This document shows positions 47,970-58,251 of a stretch of DNA of 64,000 nt, one piece after another. The translations under genes were made by a program, and so were the position numbers. Under the pieces are notes generated by a model. That model did no database searches. It was not told where the DNA came from and saw only the letters and a list, made by a program, of their open reading frames with translations. The stretch covers positions 448,001 to 512,000 of the forward strand of contig CAVXYC010000015.1 of the NCBI GenBank assembly GCA_963765765.1, in the 5' to 3' direction. The first letter of the stretch is position 1. Every line of letters begins with the position of its first letter. Origin of the DNA: an uncultured Chloroflexia bacterium. Lineage in GTDB: Bacteria; Chloroflexota; UBA6077; JACCZL01.

Positions 47970-48521
47970 ATGCAGGATTTGATCGCGTGGTGGACGACTG
48001 AATCCCGAGTCGAGTTTCTCTGGGCGATCACGCGGGGAATCATATTTTTGATTCTGGCCTGGCAGTTAGCCAGACTTGCGCGGCATTCGTTCGAGCGCTC
48101 GGCGGCGCGCACATCAGCCGATGCCAGTCTGAGCATCCTGGTTGGGCGCATCATTTACCTGATTGTCGTCGGGCTCGGTGTCCTCACCGCCTTAGATGTG
48201 CTCGGCGTACCGCTCAGCTCGGTTGTGGCGACCCTTGGCATCGTCGGCATCGCCGTAAGTTTGGCGATGCAGGACATACTCAAGAGCTTTTTCGCCGGAC
48301 TCTACTTGCTGTTTGAGCGACCCTTCCGCATTGGTGACGAGATTCAGCTCAAGGATTTTGTCGGACGCGTCGAGAACATCAACTATCGTACGACGGTCAT
48401 TCTCACCGCGGACGGAGTTCGGGTGCTGATTCCCAATGCCACGCTGATGGCGGAAGTGGTGCTGAATCGAGGAGTCACTGGAAAGCAGGAATCCACTTTG
48501 ACGCCAGGCTCTAAGCTCTGA
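47970..48521 (+). CDS. mscS: Small-conductance mechanosensitive channel (short form)
   Basis: LAMQDILKSFFAG, RPFRIGD, GRVENI and VLIPN motifs. Confidence 0.88.
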   Translation: MQDLIAWWTTESRVEFLWAITRGIIFLILAWQLARLARHSFERSAARTSADASLSILVGRIIYLIVVGLGVLTALDVLGVPLSSVVATLGIVGIAVSLAMQDILKSFFAGLYLLFERPFRIGDEIQLKDFVGRVENINYRTTVILTADGVRVLIPNATLMAEVVLNRGVTGKQESTLTPGSKL

Positions 48522-48582
48522 CGACTGCTGCCACAAGACCTTGCTTTCCCCCGACATGCTATTGTCGAGCCTCTGACGGTCC

Positions 48583-49839
48583 ATGACAGATTTAATGACT
48601 GCTCCTCAACATGGGAATGGAATGGTTCAACTTTCCATTGTGATTCCCGCTTACCACGAAGAACGTGGGATCGCGGATATCTTGGAGCGAATTCTCGCTC
48701 AAGTTCCGTCACTCGCTGCCGTTGGTGCGAGGAACGTCGAAGTGATCGTCGTGGACGATGGCTCACGCGACGGCACGTCGCTTGAGGTGGCGAAATTCCC
48801 AACCGTGCGGTTGCTCCGCCACCCAACCAACTATGGATATGGAGCAGCCCTTAAGACTGGTTTCGGCGCCGCGCAGGGCGAATGGCTGGCGTTCCTCGAT
48901 GCCGACGGAACCTATCCGCCCGAGGCGTTTGCGGAGCTCTACTCCCGGGCGAACGGCGATGACGCCGATATAGTGATCGGCTCACGGATGCTCGGCCACG
49001 ATAGCGAGATGCCGCTGATTCGCCGGGTTGGAAATACCATCTTCGCCGCATTGCTGAGTGTCATTGCCAGACGAAGGATCTCGGATAGCGCTTCGGGAAT
49101 GCGCGTCTTCAAGCACAGCATTCTCGAAGAGATTTATCCATTGCCGGATGGGCTGGATTTCACTCCGGCGATGAGTACGAGGGCGATACACGAAGGACTC
49201 ACAATGGTGGAGTCGCCCATCTCATACAAGGAGCGCGTGGGGGCATCGAAGCTCAATCCGTTTTCGGATGGATTCCGCTTTCTTCGCTCAATTCTCTGGA
49301 CGGCCACGCTCTACAACCCATTGGGAACGTTTGGGGTGATCGGTGCCATGATGCTCGCGCTCGCCTTCATTCTCGGTATTCCACCCACGCTCTACTATCT
49401 CCAGCACCATGCGCTTCAAGAAGACTCTATTTATCGGCTCTTTGCCGTGCTCATCCTGACCGTGGCGGGAGCAAACGTCTTAGCCTTCGGCCTGACCTGT
49501 CGCACGGTTGTCGGCATCATTCCTTCACGCCGAAGAGCTCAAGGCTTGCCCTTGCGACGCTGGCGCGGCGCACTGGCGGGCGCCGGCATAATCATGGTGT
49601 TGGTTGGGCTCCTTCTGATGGCACCCGCGATCGTGGAGTGGCTCCGTACACGGCAGATCACGTCGCACTGGTCGTATTTTGCTGCCGGTGGCACGCTTGT
49701 TCTCACGGGATTGCAGCTCAGCACCTGGTTCGTACTCATCGTTATCCTCTCCGAGCTTTCGCAACGAGAGGTCCAGACGATCCGTGACCTACGACGCGAA
49801 ACCACCTCTACTCCTGCGTCCGCACCAACGGTGCGCTGA
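48583..49839 (+). CDS. GT2 polyprenol-phosphate glycosyltransferase-like protein with C-terminal TM helices
   Basis: SIVIPAYHE, VDDGSRD, GYGAALKTG, DADG and ERVGASK motifs. Confidence 0.88.
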   Translation: MTDLMTAPQHGNGMVQLSIVIPAYHEERGIADILERILAQVPSLAAVGARNVEVIVVDDGSRDGTSLEVAKFPTVRLLRHPTNYGYGAALKTGFGAAQGEWLAFLDADGTYPPEAFAELYSRANGDDADIVIGSRMLGHDSEMPLIRRVGNTIFAALLSVIARRRISDSASGMRVFKHSILEEIYPLPDGLDFTPAMSTRAIHEGLTMVESPISYKERVGASKLNPFSDGFRFLRSILWTATLYNPLGTFGVIGAMMLALAFILGIPPTLYYLQHHALQEDSIYRLFAVLILTVAGANVLAFGLTCRTVVGIIPSRRRAQGLPLRRWRGALAGAGIIMVLVGLLLMAPAIVEWLRTRQITSHWSYFAAGGTLVLTGLQLSTWFVLIVILSELSQREVQTIRDLRRETTSTPASAPTVR

Positions 49840-49911
49840 GCTTTTCCAACGCTGCCCAATGCCGTTGGCACATTCTCTGCGCCTTTCAGCAATGGAACGG
49901 AGGTGCAGCTC

Positions 49912-50184
49912 ATGACGCAACAACAGTGGGTCAAGGATGACGGTAAAGAACCGGAGCATGCGCATCCTGCGCAGGTTCACAGTCACGATCACTATCACAT
50001 CACGCACCATCACAAGAGCGGTGTCATCGGTGGTTGGGATCATCGAACGTCCTGGCACAGCCATGAGCACAATCATGCTCAGCTCCGACACAGCCACGAT
50101 GGATCATTTGACGACGAAGTAGCGGATCATGAAAGCGAAGCCCACGTCCACGATCACGCGGCGCCTTCGAATTCACCGAATTAG
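49912..50184 (+). CDS. Histidine-rich small protein (90 aa, 20 His)
   Basis: SD GGAGGT 7 nt before ATG; repeated HxHxH. Confidence 0.75.
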   Translation: MTQQQWVKDDGKEPEHAHPAQVHSHDHYHITHHHKSGVIGGWDHRTSWHSHEHNHAQLRHSHDGSFDDEVADHESEAHVHDHAAPSNSPN

Positions 50185-50235
50185 TCGTTAATTCGCCGGG
50201 TGCAGCCTGGGTCTCAGGGAATCACAGCATCGCCA

Positions 50236-51672
50236 CTACGTTGGGGACGCTGCAATCGATGATGGCGCGCGGCCAGATGGTTCTTCCTGCCGCCACAGCC
50301 GCACGCCCCGCGTCGCCAGTCCAGCAACCCCAGCTCCAACCAGCACATTGATCATCGGATCCAGAGGATATCGGTAGCGCCACTCGATTCCCACGAGGGC
50401 CGCTGCCGCGAAGATTTGCCCGAGTATGAGGATGGCGAGCAGCAGCGGCCAGCGTCGATGCGTGCCGGACGGTGGCATGATCGTGCCGAGCATTGCGAGA
50501 CCGACTACTACCGGCCACCATCGCGCTGGATCGTAGATTGAGATGATTCGCTCCGCGTTAGCAAACTCAGCATCCTGGAGCGGCGTGGCGCGCGGCAGAA
50601 GATGGGCGATTCTTTCGTCCCAGATTATTCCCCTCCACGGGACCCAGTCCTGACGTAGCCTGGCCGGTCGCCCCGAGAGGATGTCCCAGAACATGCCCAC
50701 GGTCCCGCTCAGAAAGTAGACCGGCTGTCGACGGATAGCTTCCACGGCGATCTGTCGCATCAGACTGTCAGCGGCGGCGGGGCTGATGTTCAGTTCGTTC
50801 CGGAGTCTGCCCGCTAGCTCAAAGGCTGAGCCGTCCCCGGCCTCATCTCGGTAGATTCGCCTTGCTGAGCGAATAAGCCCCGACTCGGATGGGTCTGTGG
50901 CTCGGAAATCAAATTCTTGCTCGTATCGGATCGTGCGAACGGCGATGCCCTCACCCATGCCTCCCGCAATCGTGAAGCTCCCCTGCACAATGACATTGCG
51001 AAGCATCCAGGGTATCACGAGAATTGCGAAGGCCATGATCATCGATGTCACCAGACGCAGGGCCTTCTTCCTGTCATGCCAGTAGCGCCAGAGTAACCAG
51101 ATGGCGAACAACGGTAGGACAAGCTGCGCGATGGGCCGGGTCAATGCGGCAAGTGCCAACATACACCCCGAAGCCGCTGCCAGCCGCCAGGATCCGCCCC
51201 GCTCGGCGAGCATGAACATCATCACCGCCAGCAGCAAAGTGACACTGAAAAGGGTCTCGCTCATCAGGTAGTGCTCGGTCAGGATGAGTGGACCGCTGAC
51301 CGCGGAAAGCGCACCGGCAACGCAGGCCCCGAGTGTGCCCGCGACGAGGAACCCCAGGATGAATGTTAGGGCCACGATAGCCAGACCAAGCGCGTGCTGT
51401 ACCGTGGCGATAGCCTGCGGATCTTCGCCGAAGAGCCACAGAATCTTGGCCACGAGTAGCGGATAGAGCGGAGGACGCTTGAAAAGCGGAAAGAAACCTT
51501 CGCCGTGAATCAGCTCCCAGGCCGGCAACACGTAGCTCAGGCTGTCGTTAACGACGAAGAGCGGCGCACGAAGCGCGAACGCCAGGCGAGCAGTGCTTGC
51601 CAGAAGCAGGACGGCGACGAGGCAGAGTGAGTCTCGTTGTCGCCAAACGTGAACCCGCGGAGCAGTTACCAC
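50236..51672 (-). CDS. GT-C / ArnT-PMT-like membrane glycosyltransferase
   Basis: NDSLSY, RPPLYP, LMSETLF, ALTRP and RYRYP motifs; many TM segments. Confidence 0.8.
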   Translation of the reverse strand: MVTAPRVHVWRQRDSLCLVAVLLLASTARLAFALRAPLFVVNDSLSYVLPAWELIHGEGFFPLFKRPPLYPLLVAKILWLFGEDPQAIATVQHALGLAIVALTFILGFLVAGTLGACVAGALSAVSGPLILTEHYLMSETLFSVTLLLAVMMFMLAERGGSWRLAAASGCMLALAALTRPIAQLVLPLFAIWLLWRYWHDRKKALRLVTSMIMAFAILVIPWMLRNVIVQGSFTIAGGMGEGIAVRTIRYEQEFDFRATDPSESGLIRSARRIYRDEAGDGSAFELAGRLRNELNISPAAADSLMRQIAVEAIRRQPVYFLSGTVGMFWDILSGRPARLRQDWVPWRGIIWDERIAHLLPRATPLQDAEFANAERIISIYDPARWWPVVVGLAMLGTIMPPSGTHRRWPLLLAILILGQIFAAAALVGIEWRYRYPLDPMINVLVGAGVAGLATRGVRLWRQEEPSGRAPSSIAASPT

Positions 51673-52400
51673 CCTTCGCTAAGGCGATCGATCAGCATGG
51701 CAGGCAAGGCAACGGCGCGCATTTTCTCCTGCGTCGTGGTGACGTCGTACGGCACCCGGACCCAGGTGAACGTCCGTTCATCGGTGTTCAAGATGCCGTA
51801 GGCGGCGCGGGGGTCGCCATCACGTGGCTGACCGACACTGCCGGCGTTGATGATCTGGCGAGCGCCAGAGTCGAAATGGGCATTCTCACCATCCAGGCGA
51901 TGGCTGACGTCTACAGAATCCTTCGTCGATGGTTGAACGAATGAGGATGGCACGTGCGTGTGACCGATAAAGCAGACGTCTTCTTCTACGAGGCGCAGCG
52001 ACGACTCGGCGATCTGCGCGTTCGTCACATATTCCGTGAGCGCGTGGCGGGGACTGCCATGCACAAGGTGATAGCCGTCGATCGAGACACGTTCAGGAAG
52101 GTCTCGCAAAAATCGCCAGGACTGTTCCGAAAGCTGCTTGGCGGTCCATTCTAGCGCCAGTCCAGCGAGGCTGTTGAACCACGAGAGATCGTCCAGTCTC
52201 TGGACGCCGTCATCGTGATTCCCGCGGATGCACGTGGCCTGAAGATCCTGGATGGCCTCGATCACTTCATTGGGCTGGGGGCCGTAGCCAACGATGTCAC
52301 CGAGGCACCACCATCCGTCCACGGAGCCCACGGCTCCAATCACAGCGTCTAATGCCGCCAGGTTGCTGTGAATGTCGGAAATGATCCCGATTCGTCCCAT
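51666..52400 (-). CDS. Calcineurin-like metallophosphoesterase
   Basis: SDIHSN, GDIVGYG, GNHD, HGSP, GHTH and GSVGQPRDGD motifs. Confidence 0.92.
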   Translation of the reverse strand: MGRIGIISDIHSNLAALDAVIGAVGSVDGWWCLGDIVGYGPQPNEVIEAIQDLQATCIRGNHDDGVQRLDDLSWFNSLAGLALEWTAKQLSEQSWRFLRDLPERVSIDGYHLVHGSPRHALTEYVTNAQIAESSLRLVEEDVCFIGHTHVPSSFVQPSTKDSVDVSHRLDGENAHFDSGARQIINAGSVGQPRDGDPRAAYGILNTDERTFTWVRVPYDVTTTQEKMRAVALPAMLIDRLSEGW

Positions 52401-52601
52401 GGTGTGATGTTGCCACGTGGGCCCATGTGGTGGCACATAGAGATTCCCGAAACGTCATCGCCTCACCATCCCAATATACCGGCCCCGCCCTAGGAAATCG
52501 TCTTACGACGCCCCGGTTGATGGGCTAGAATCTTGGACGGACTCTGGCAGGGGAGATGGCGCCGGCCCGTCTATCGGGATGCGCGCCGGTCGACACGGGA
52601 C

Positions 52602-53639
52602 ATGACAACGCGGCTGGCTGACGTCGGCGAGTTTGGTCTGATCGAGCGTATTCGCCGCATTGTGGAGCCTGTCAATCAAGCCGCAAGCATCGCCGATCGT
52701 CTTGACGTCAGCATTGGGGATGACGCCGCGATATGGCGAGCACAGGCCGGACTTGCCCAGGCGGTTACCACCGATGCGCTGGTGGAAGGCGTTCATTTCG
52801 ATCTCCCGACCACATCGTGGACGGATCTCGGTTGGAAATCTCTTGCTGTTAATTTAAGCGACGTCGGGGCGATGGGCGCCACCCCGGAGCTGGTTGTCAT
52901 CTCACTGGGCCTTCCCCGACACGCGGTGATCGAGGATATTGAGGACTTTTATCGCGGCGTTGCTGAGTGCGCATCACGTTGGCGTGTGGCCGTTGTCGGA
53001 GGGGATATCGTCTCATCACCGATCCTGACTATCAATGTCACGGCGTTTGGCGCATGCCCTGACGGACAGCTTCGCCGTTCCGCGGGGCGGCCAGGGGACG
53101 TGATCGCGGTCACCGGTTGGCTGGGCAGGTCCGGTGGCGGGCTTCGCTTGCTGGAGCAGGGCATGCCCGGCGGACTCCATGCGGGCGCCGCTGGCGAGCT
53201 CATCCAGGCGCACGTCCGTCCTATGCCGCGAATCGAGGCCGCGGCCTGTCTTGTGCAGGCCGGAATTCGCTGTGCCATGGATGTGAGCGATGGTCTCAGG
53301 GGTGATACCGCGCATATCTGCGAGCAATCGAATTGTGCTGCGATCATCCAGATAGATCGGGTGCCATTGCATGAGGCGCTCATCGAGCAGTTTGGTCGTG
53401 ATGATGCATTGCGATTGGCTCTCGATGGCGGCGAAGATTATGAGCTGCTGTGCGCGGGACCAGAGGCAGCAGTCCTATACGCGGCCGCGCTTGTTAACGA
53501 AACCACTGGTGAGAAACTCACAATCGTGGGGCGGCTCGACGTGCGTAGCGATGACAATCATCTCGTGAGTCTGACAGGGGCCGACGGCGAGCCTGTGCAT
53601 CTCAAAGCGGCCTCGTGGGACCATTTTCGAAATGAGTGA
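52602..53639 (+). CDS. thiL: Thiamine-monophosphate kinase
   Basis: GEFGLI, IGDDAA, NLSDVGAMG, DVSDG and GGEDYEL motifs. Confidence 0.95.
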   Translation: MTTRLADVGEFGLIERIRRIVEPVNQAASIADRLDVSIGDDAAIWRAQAGLAQAVTTDALVEGVHFDLPTTSWTDLGWKSLAVNLSDVGAMGATPELVVISLGLPRHAVIEDIEDFYRGVAECASRWRVAVVGGDIVSSPILTINVTAFGACPDGQLRRSAGRPGDVIAVTGWLGRSGGGLRLLEQGMPGGLHAGAAGELIQAHVRPMPRIEAAACLVQAGIRCAMDVSDGLRGDTAHICEQSNCAAIIQIDRVPLHEALIEQFGRDDALRLALDGGEDYELLCAGPEAAVLYAAALVNETTGEKLTIVGRLDVRSDDNHLVSLTGADGEPVHLKAASWDHFRNE

Positions 53640-54132
53640 GTCCCGTGAGACGATCGCCGCTATTAGCGGCTCGGCCAGTGACACTCGGGAGCTCGGCAAG
53701 GCGTTGGGGCAGGCTCTGGGGCCGGGCGACCTGGTGTTACTCCAGGGAAACTTTGGCGCAGGTAAAACCGTACTTGTCCAGGGCATCGCGACCGGCCTTG
53801 GCATCCACGACTCGGTAACGAGTCCATCGTTCGTGCTCATGGTGGAGCACGTCGGCGACAAAAAGCTCGTACACGTGGACTTCTTTCGGATCGAGCGTGC
53901 CGATTCCGATCTCATCACGGGTGTCGAAGACTATCTCGATGATGGCTGGGTCGTGGCCATTGAATGGCCGGATTGGCTGCCTGCGTCGCTTGCGGGAACC
54001 GCCACTGTCGTACGTATCGAAACGCTGTCTGACAATGAACGTCGCATCTCGATGAGCTCGGCGTCTGAAACGGTGGTGGAAGCATTCCGAGAGGCCGCGG
54101 CTCAAGTGTCGGTGAGGTCGGCTCGTGAGTGA
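53632..54132 (+). CDS. tsaE: t6A biosynthesis ATPase
   Basis: GNFGAGKT, TSPSF, HVDFFR and IEW motifs. Confidence 0.93.
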   Translation: MSESRETIAAISGSASDTRELGKALGQALGPGDLVLLQGNFGAGKTVLVQGIATGLGIHDSVTSPSFVLMVEHVGDKKLVHVDFFRIERADSDLITGVEDYLDDGWVVAIEWPDWLPASLAGTATVVRIETLSDNERRISMSSASETVVEAFREAAAQVSVRSARE

Positions 54133-54790
54133 CCTCATGCTGGCAATCGACACTGCCACATCGTGGTGTGGCGTGGCGCTGTACGATGGCGCGCTCCAGC
54201 TCGAGCTGAACTGGCGAGCCGAGCGGCATCACTCGGAGCAGCTCATGCCGAACATTGAGCGGGCGTTCGAGCTGACCGGTATCGATCGGGGCGATCTGGG
54301 CGCCCTGGCCGTCGCCCGCGGACCGGGCTCGTATACGGGCGTGCGCGTGGGAATTACGGTGGCGCGTGTACTTGGCTATGCCTTGGGAATACCGAGCATT
54401 GGAGTTGATGCGCTCGACGTGCTGGCCTACCCACACGGCGATCGGGGAATGCCCGTTCGGGCGTTCCTGAATGCCGGACGTCGTCGGTACGCGACTGCGC
54501 TGTACCACCCTCAGGGAGACGGACTTGAACGCGTCGGAGCGCTACAATCCGTGGGTGATGATTCGCTGGTGGAGCTCGTGACTGAGCCCACGGTCTGTTG
54601 CGGTGAGCTCAGCTCAGCGGCCCGCGAAGTGATGGAGCAAGCCGCTGGTTGCGCGGCTGTGTTCGTATCTCCATCCAGATCTGTTCGCAGGTCCGCGATT
54701 CTCGCCGAGATCGCCTGGCGCGGTTGGCAAGCCCGCCACCCCGCGGCCGCCGAAACGGATCCTATTTACATAACGCAGGAGCATGCGTGA
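54125..54790 (+). CDS. tsaB: t6A biosynthesis protein
   Basis: LAIDTAT, HSEQL and GPGSYTGVRVG motifs. Confidence 0.93.
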   Translation: MSDLMLAIDTATSWCGVALYDGALQLELNWRAERHHSEQLMPNIERAFELTGIDRGDLGALAVARGPGSYTGVRVGITVARVLGYALGIPSIGVDALDVLAYPHGDRGMPVRAFLNAGRRRYATALYHPQGDGLERVGALQSVGDDSLVELVTEPTVCCGELSSAAREVMEQAAGCAAVFVSPSRSVRRSAILAEIAWRGWQARHPAAAETDPIYITQEHA

Positions 54791-54793
54791 GAG

Positions 54794-55477
54794 GTGGGCT
54801 TGGCGTTCTCGATTGAGCCCATGCAGGTAGAGCACATTGCCGCCGTGATGGCCGTGGAGAGATTGAGCTTTCCCGTGCCATGGCCAGCCAGCGCCTACAA
54901 GAAGGAGATTCAGAGCAACCGGCTGGCGCACTACTTCGTGGCGCGGCATGTCAACGAAAGGGGTGAGCCAGTCGTCGCATTGCCGGACGATGCGGTCGCA
55001 GCCGGAGCCGCTGGAAGCGGTGATGGGATTCTCGGTCGCCTGGCGCGCTGGCTCGTGCACGATGCCACCCCGGCCTTATCCGAGGACGAGGCTGAAGCCA
55101 TGGATGCCCGCAGCGTCATGGGGTATGCGGGCATGTGGATTCTGGCCGGCTCCGATGCCCACATCACTACGATCGCAGTCCATCCTCTATATCGAGGCCG
55201 GGGCATCGGCGAGCTGCTACTCATTCACTGCATCGATCGAGCGCTTGAAACGCATGCGGAGCGTATGACCCTCGAGGTTCGCATCTCCAACAGCGTCGCA
55301 AAGCGTCTCTACGAGAAATATCGGTTCTCCGTTCAAGGAAAGCGGCCCAGGTATTACAGCGACAATGGTGAGGACGCGGAGATTATGACGACTCCTGAGA
55401 TTGACTCGCCCGAGTATCGAGCCCTGCTGGCCCAGAACCGCAGGGAGTTGGAGGCACGGCTTGACCGAGAGGGATGA
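54794..55477 (+). CDS. rimI: Ribosomal protein N-acetyltransferase with a long internal insertion
   Basis: SFPVPW, HITTIAV, RGRGIG, LEVRISN and YYSDNGEDA motifs. Confidence 0.9.
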   Translation: MGLAFSIEPMQVEHIAAVMAVERLSFPVPWPASAYKKEIQSNRLAHYFVARHVNERGEPVVALPDDAVAAGAAGSGDGILGRLARWLVHDATPALSEDEAEAMDARSVMGYAGMWILAGSDAHITTIAVHPLYRGRGIGELLLIHCIDRALETHAERMTLEVRISNSVAKRLYEKYRFSVQGKRPRYYSDNGEDAEIMTTPEIDSPEYRALLAQNRRELEARLDREG

Positions 55478-58244
55478 TCTTCTAGTTCTCATCGACGGGC
55501 ACGCGCTGGTTCACCGTGCGTATCACGCACTTCCGCCGCTCACGAGCCCGAGTGGCGAGATGCTCAACGCGGTCTTCGGCTTTGCCTCGATGCTCGTGAA
55601 AGTCTGCGCCGATCTCAAGCCCAAGTACCTCGAGGCCACCTTCGACACTTCGGCAAAGACATTCCGTCATGATGGGTACGACGATTACAAGGCAACGCGC
55701 CTCGGTATGGCCGACGATCTCCGCACCCAATTCCCGAGGGTGTTCGAGCTGTTGGAGAGTCTCGCGGTGCCTATTGTTCGAGTCGATGGCTACGAAGCTG
55801 ACGATCTTCTCGGGACACTCTCCAAGCAGGCCGTTTCCGAAGGCCGAGAAGTCGTGATCCTGACAGGTGATACCGACGTATTGCAGCTCGTTGGCCCGCA
55901 CGTGCGAGTGCTGACGTCGCGCCAGGGTTTTTCCGACACAGTCATGTATGACGAGCAGGCGGTGCGTGAGCGATACGCTCTCGAGCCCTCGCAAATTTCG
56001 GACTACAAAGCACTCACCGGGGATAAATCAGACAACATCCCCGGTGTTCCCGGAATCGGTGCCAAGACGGCCGCGAAGCTACTGCAACAGTTCGGTGATG
56101 TTGAGGGGATTCTTGCCCATCTCAATGAGCTCCCTGCAAAGCAGCAGGCGTTGTTCGAGGAGCATAGCGAGCAGCTCATCAGGTCAAAGTGGCTTACCAC
56201 CATCGACTGTGATGCCCCAGTCAAGCTCGATCTCGAAGCAGCGGAATTCCGGCACTTCGATCGTGTCAAGGTGGGTTCGCTGTTACGGGAGCTGACGTTC
56301 CGCACACTCATCGATCGATTTGAGCAGCTCTTCGATGGCCTGGATGGGAAGGGATCGAATGCGAACACGCCGCAGCTCGGCTTGTTCGATGAGAAGCGGC
56401 CGGATGAAGCGGTCAATGAATCGCCGTCCAGCCCCGCTCCGCCGGCCATCGCAGCCACCGCCGAGGCGGTCAGCGAGCTCGTTAGGCGAGCGATGAGCTG
56501 TCCATCTGTCGCCCTGGATGTGCGCCTCGAGGGGAAACATCCAACTCGCTCGACAATCGTGGGAATCTGTGTCGCGTGCTCAGCCATTGAAGTGACATAC
56601 GTGCCGCTTGGGCACTCGGACGGGAGCGGAGATGGAGCGGCGCTGCTTGAATCGATGCGGCCTCTGCTCGAGTCGCAATCCACCAAGAAAGTCGTGCACA
56701 ACGCTAAACCCGCGATCGAAGCGTTCCGCGCCGCGGGAATCGAGCTACGCGGACTCGCCTTCGACACGATGATTGCAGCTTTCCTGCTGGAGAGCGGCCA
56801 ACGCTCCGTCGACCTCGGGTCGCTAGCATTTTCAAAGCTGGACATTCAGCTTCCCACCCCTACGTCGCTGCTCGGAATGGGCCGTTCAGCGCGGAAGCTC
56901 CCTGAGGTGCCGACGCTTGAAGCGGCACCGTATTCGTGCGGGGAAGCGAGCGCCGTGGATCGTCTGGCCCCCGCGTTGCGTGAGGATCTGGAGCGCGATG
57001 GACTGAAGCCGCTTTTCGAGGACCTCGAGCTTCCACTCATTGGCGTCCTTGCACGCATGGAAGAAGCTGGTATCGCGGTTGATGTGCCGCTACTTAAGCA
57101 GATGAGCCAATCGCTCTCATCGCGGCTCAACGAGCTCCAAACGGAGATCGAGCAGTCGGTCGGACACGCGTTTAATTTCAACTCGCCGTCGCAGCTTTCG
57201 CAGGTGCTCTATGACGAGCTGAAGCTCCCTGGCGGCCGAAAGACGAAGAGTGGACACGGATCCACAGACGCTGCCGTACTCGAGGGGCTGAAGGGAGCCC
57301 ATCCAGTCATTGAGCCAATACTCGAGCACCGTCAGCTGAGCAAGCTCAAGGGCACGTACGTGGACGCGCTTCCACTACTATGCGATCCGGCGACCGGCCG
57401 CGTACACACGACATTTAATCAAACGGGCTCCAGAACCGGCAGAATCTCATCATCCGATCCGAATATCCAGAACATCCCCATTCGTACTGAGCAGGGCCGT
57501 TTGGTGCGCCGCGCGTTTATATCTGGCTCGCCCGATCGCGTGCTCCTGAGCGCTGATTACAGTCAGATCGAGCTTCGGGTCCTGGCGCACGTCACGCAGG
57601 ATGAGCGGCTCATCGATGCCTTCAAAAACAACGAGGACATTCACGCGGCAACGGCTGCAGAGGTGTTGGGGCTCGAGCCTGAGCAGGTCACAAGCGATCA
57701 GCGTCGCCTGGCCAAGGTGGTCAACTTTGGCGTGCTCTACGGTATGGGCGGCTTCGGACTGGCCCAGCAGTCCGGTCTGCCGCGCGAAGAGGCGATGAAG
57801 TTTATCGATCGCTATTTCAAGGAGTTTGGCACCGTCAAAGCCTATCAGGAACAGGTCATTCGCGACACGATCGATCGTGGTTACGGACTTACCCTCCTGG
57901 GCCGTCGGCGCTACTTTCCCGAGATTCGCAGCCCCGTTCGGCATCTTCAGATGGCGGCTCAGCGGGAAGCCATCAACATGCCAATTCAAGGGACCGCGGC
58001 TGACATCATCAAGATCGCCATGGTGCGACTCGATGAGCACCTACGGCATCATCTTGAGGACGGAGTAATGATGCTTCAGGTACATGACGAGCTCCTGTTT
58101 GAAGTGCCCAGAGATCGACTTGACCACTTTGCGCCGACCATTTGCGATCTTATGGAGGGTGCGATGGAGCTCGTCGTCCCGATCAACGTTGAGCTCAAAT
58201 CAGGTCTCAACTGGGACGAGATGACCCCCTGGCACGGAGACTGA
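55461..58244 (+). CDS. polA: DNA polymerase I
   Basis: 5' nuclease EADD, TGD and DNIPG; polymerase DYSQIELR, AKVVNFG and VHDE; TTG start after GGAGG. Confidence 0.97.
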   Translation: MTERDDLLVLIDGHALVHRAYHALPPLTSPSGEMLNAVFGFASMLVKVCADLKPKYLEATFDTSAKTFRHDGYDDYKATRLGMADDLRTQFPRVFELLESLAVPIVRVDGYEADDLLGTLSKQAVSEGREVVILTGDTDVLQLVGPHVRVLTSRQGFSDTVMYDEQAVRERYALEPSQISDYKALTGDKSDNIPGVPGIGAKTAAKLLQQFGDVEGILAHLNELPAKQQALFEEHSEQLIRSKWLTTIDCDAPVKLDLEAAEFRHFDRVKVGSLLRELTFRTLIDRFEQLFDGLDGKGSNANTPQLGLFDEKRPDEAVNESPSSPAPPAIAATAEAVSELVRRAMSCPSVALDVRLEGKHPTRSTIVGICVACSAIEVTYVPLGHSDGSGDGAALLESMRPLLESQSTKKVVHNAKPAIEAFRAAGIELRGLAFDTMIAAFLLESGQRSVDLGSLAFSKLDIQLPTPTSLLGMGRSARKLPEVPTLEAAPYSCGEASAVDRLAPALREDLERDGLKPLFEDLELPLIGVLARMEEAGIAVDVPLLKQMSQSLSSRLNELQTEIEQSVGHAFNFNSPSQLSQVLYDELKLPGGRKTKSGHGSTDAAVLEGLKGAHPVIEPILEHRQLSKLKGTYVDALPLLCDPATGRVHTTFNQTGSRTGRISSSDPNIQNIPIRTEQGRLVRRAFISGSPDRVLLSADYSQIELRVLAHVTQDERLIDAFKNNEDIHAATAAEVLGLEPEQVTSDQRRLAKVVNFGVLYGMGGFGLAQQSGLPREEAMKFIDRYFKEFGTVKAYQEQVIRDTIDRGYGLTLLGRRRYFPEIRSPVRHLQMAAQREAINMPIQGTAADIIKIAMVRLDEHLRHHLEDGVMMLQVHDELLFEVPRDRLDHFAPTICDLMEGAMELVVPINVELKSGLNWDEMTPWHGD

Positions 58245-58251
58245 GGCGCGC

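Noticed and set aside
47811-48582. Bridging ORFs in the gaps around mscS
   Set aside because: None found; these gaps probably separate transcription units and act as an internal negative control
49859-49915. Short ORF ending in an ATGA overlap with the His-rich gene
   Set aside because: Starts 19 nt after the upstream stop and the downstream gene has its own strong SD, so it was not counted as a bridge
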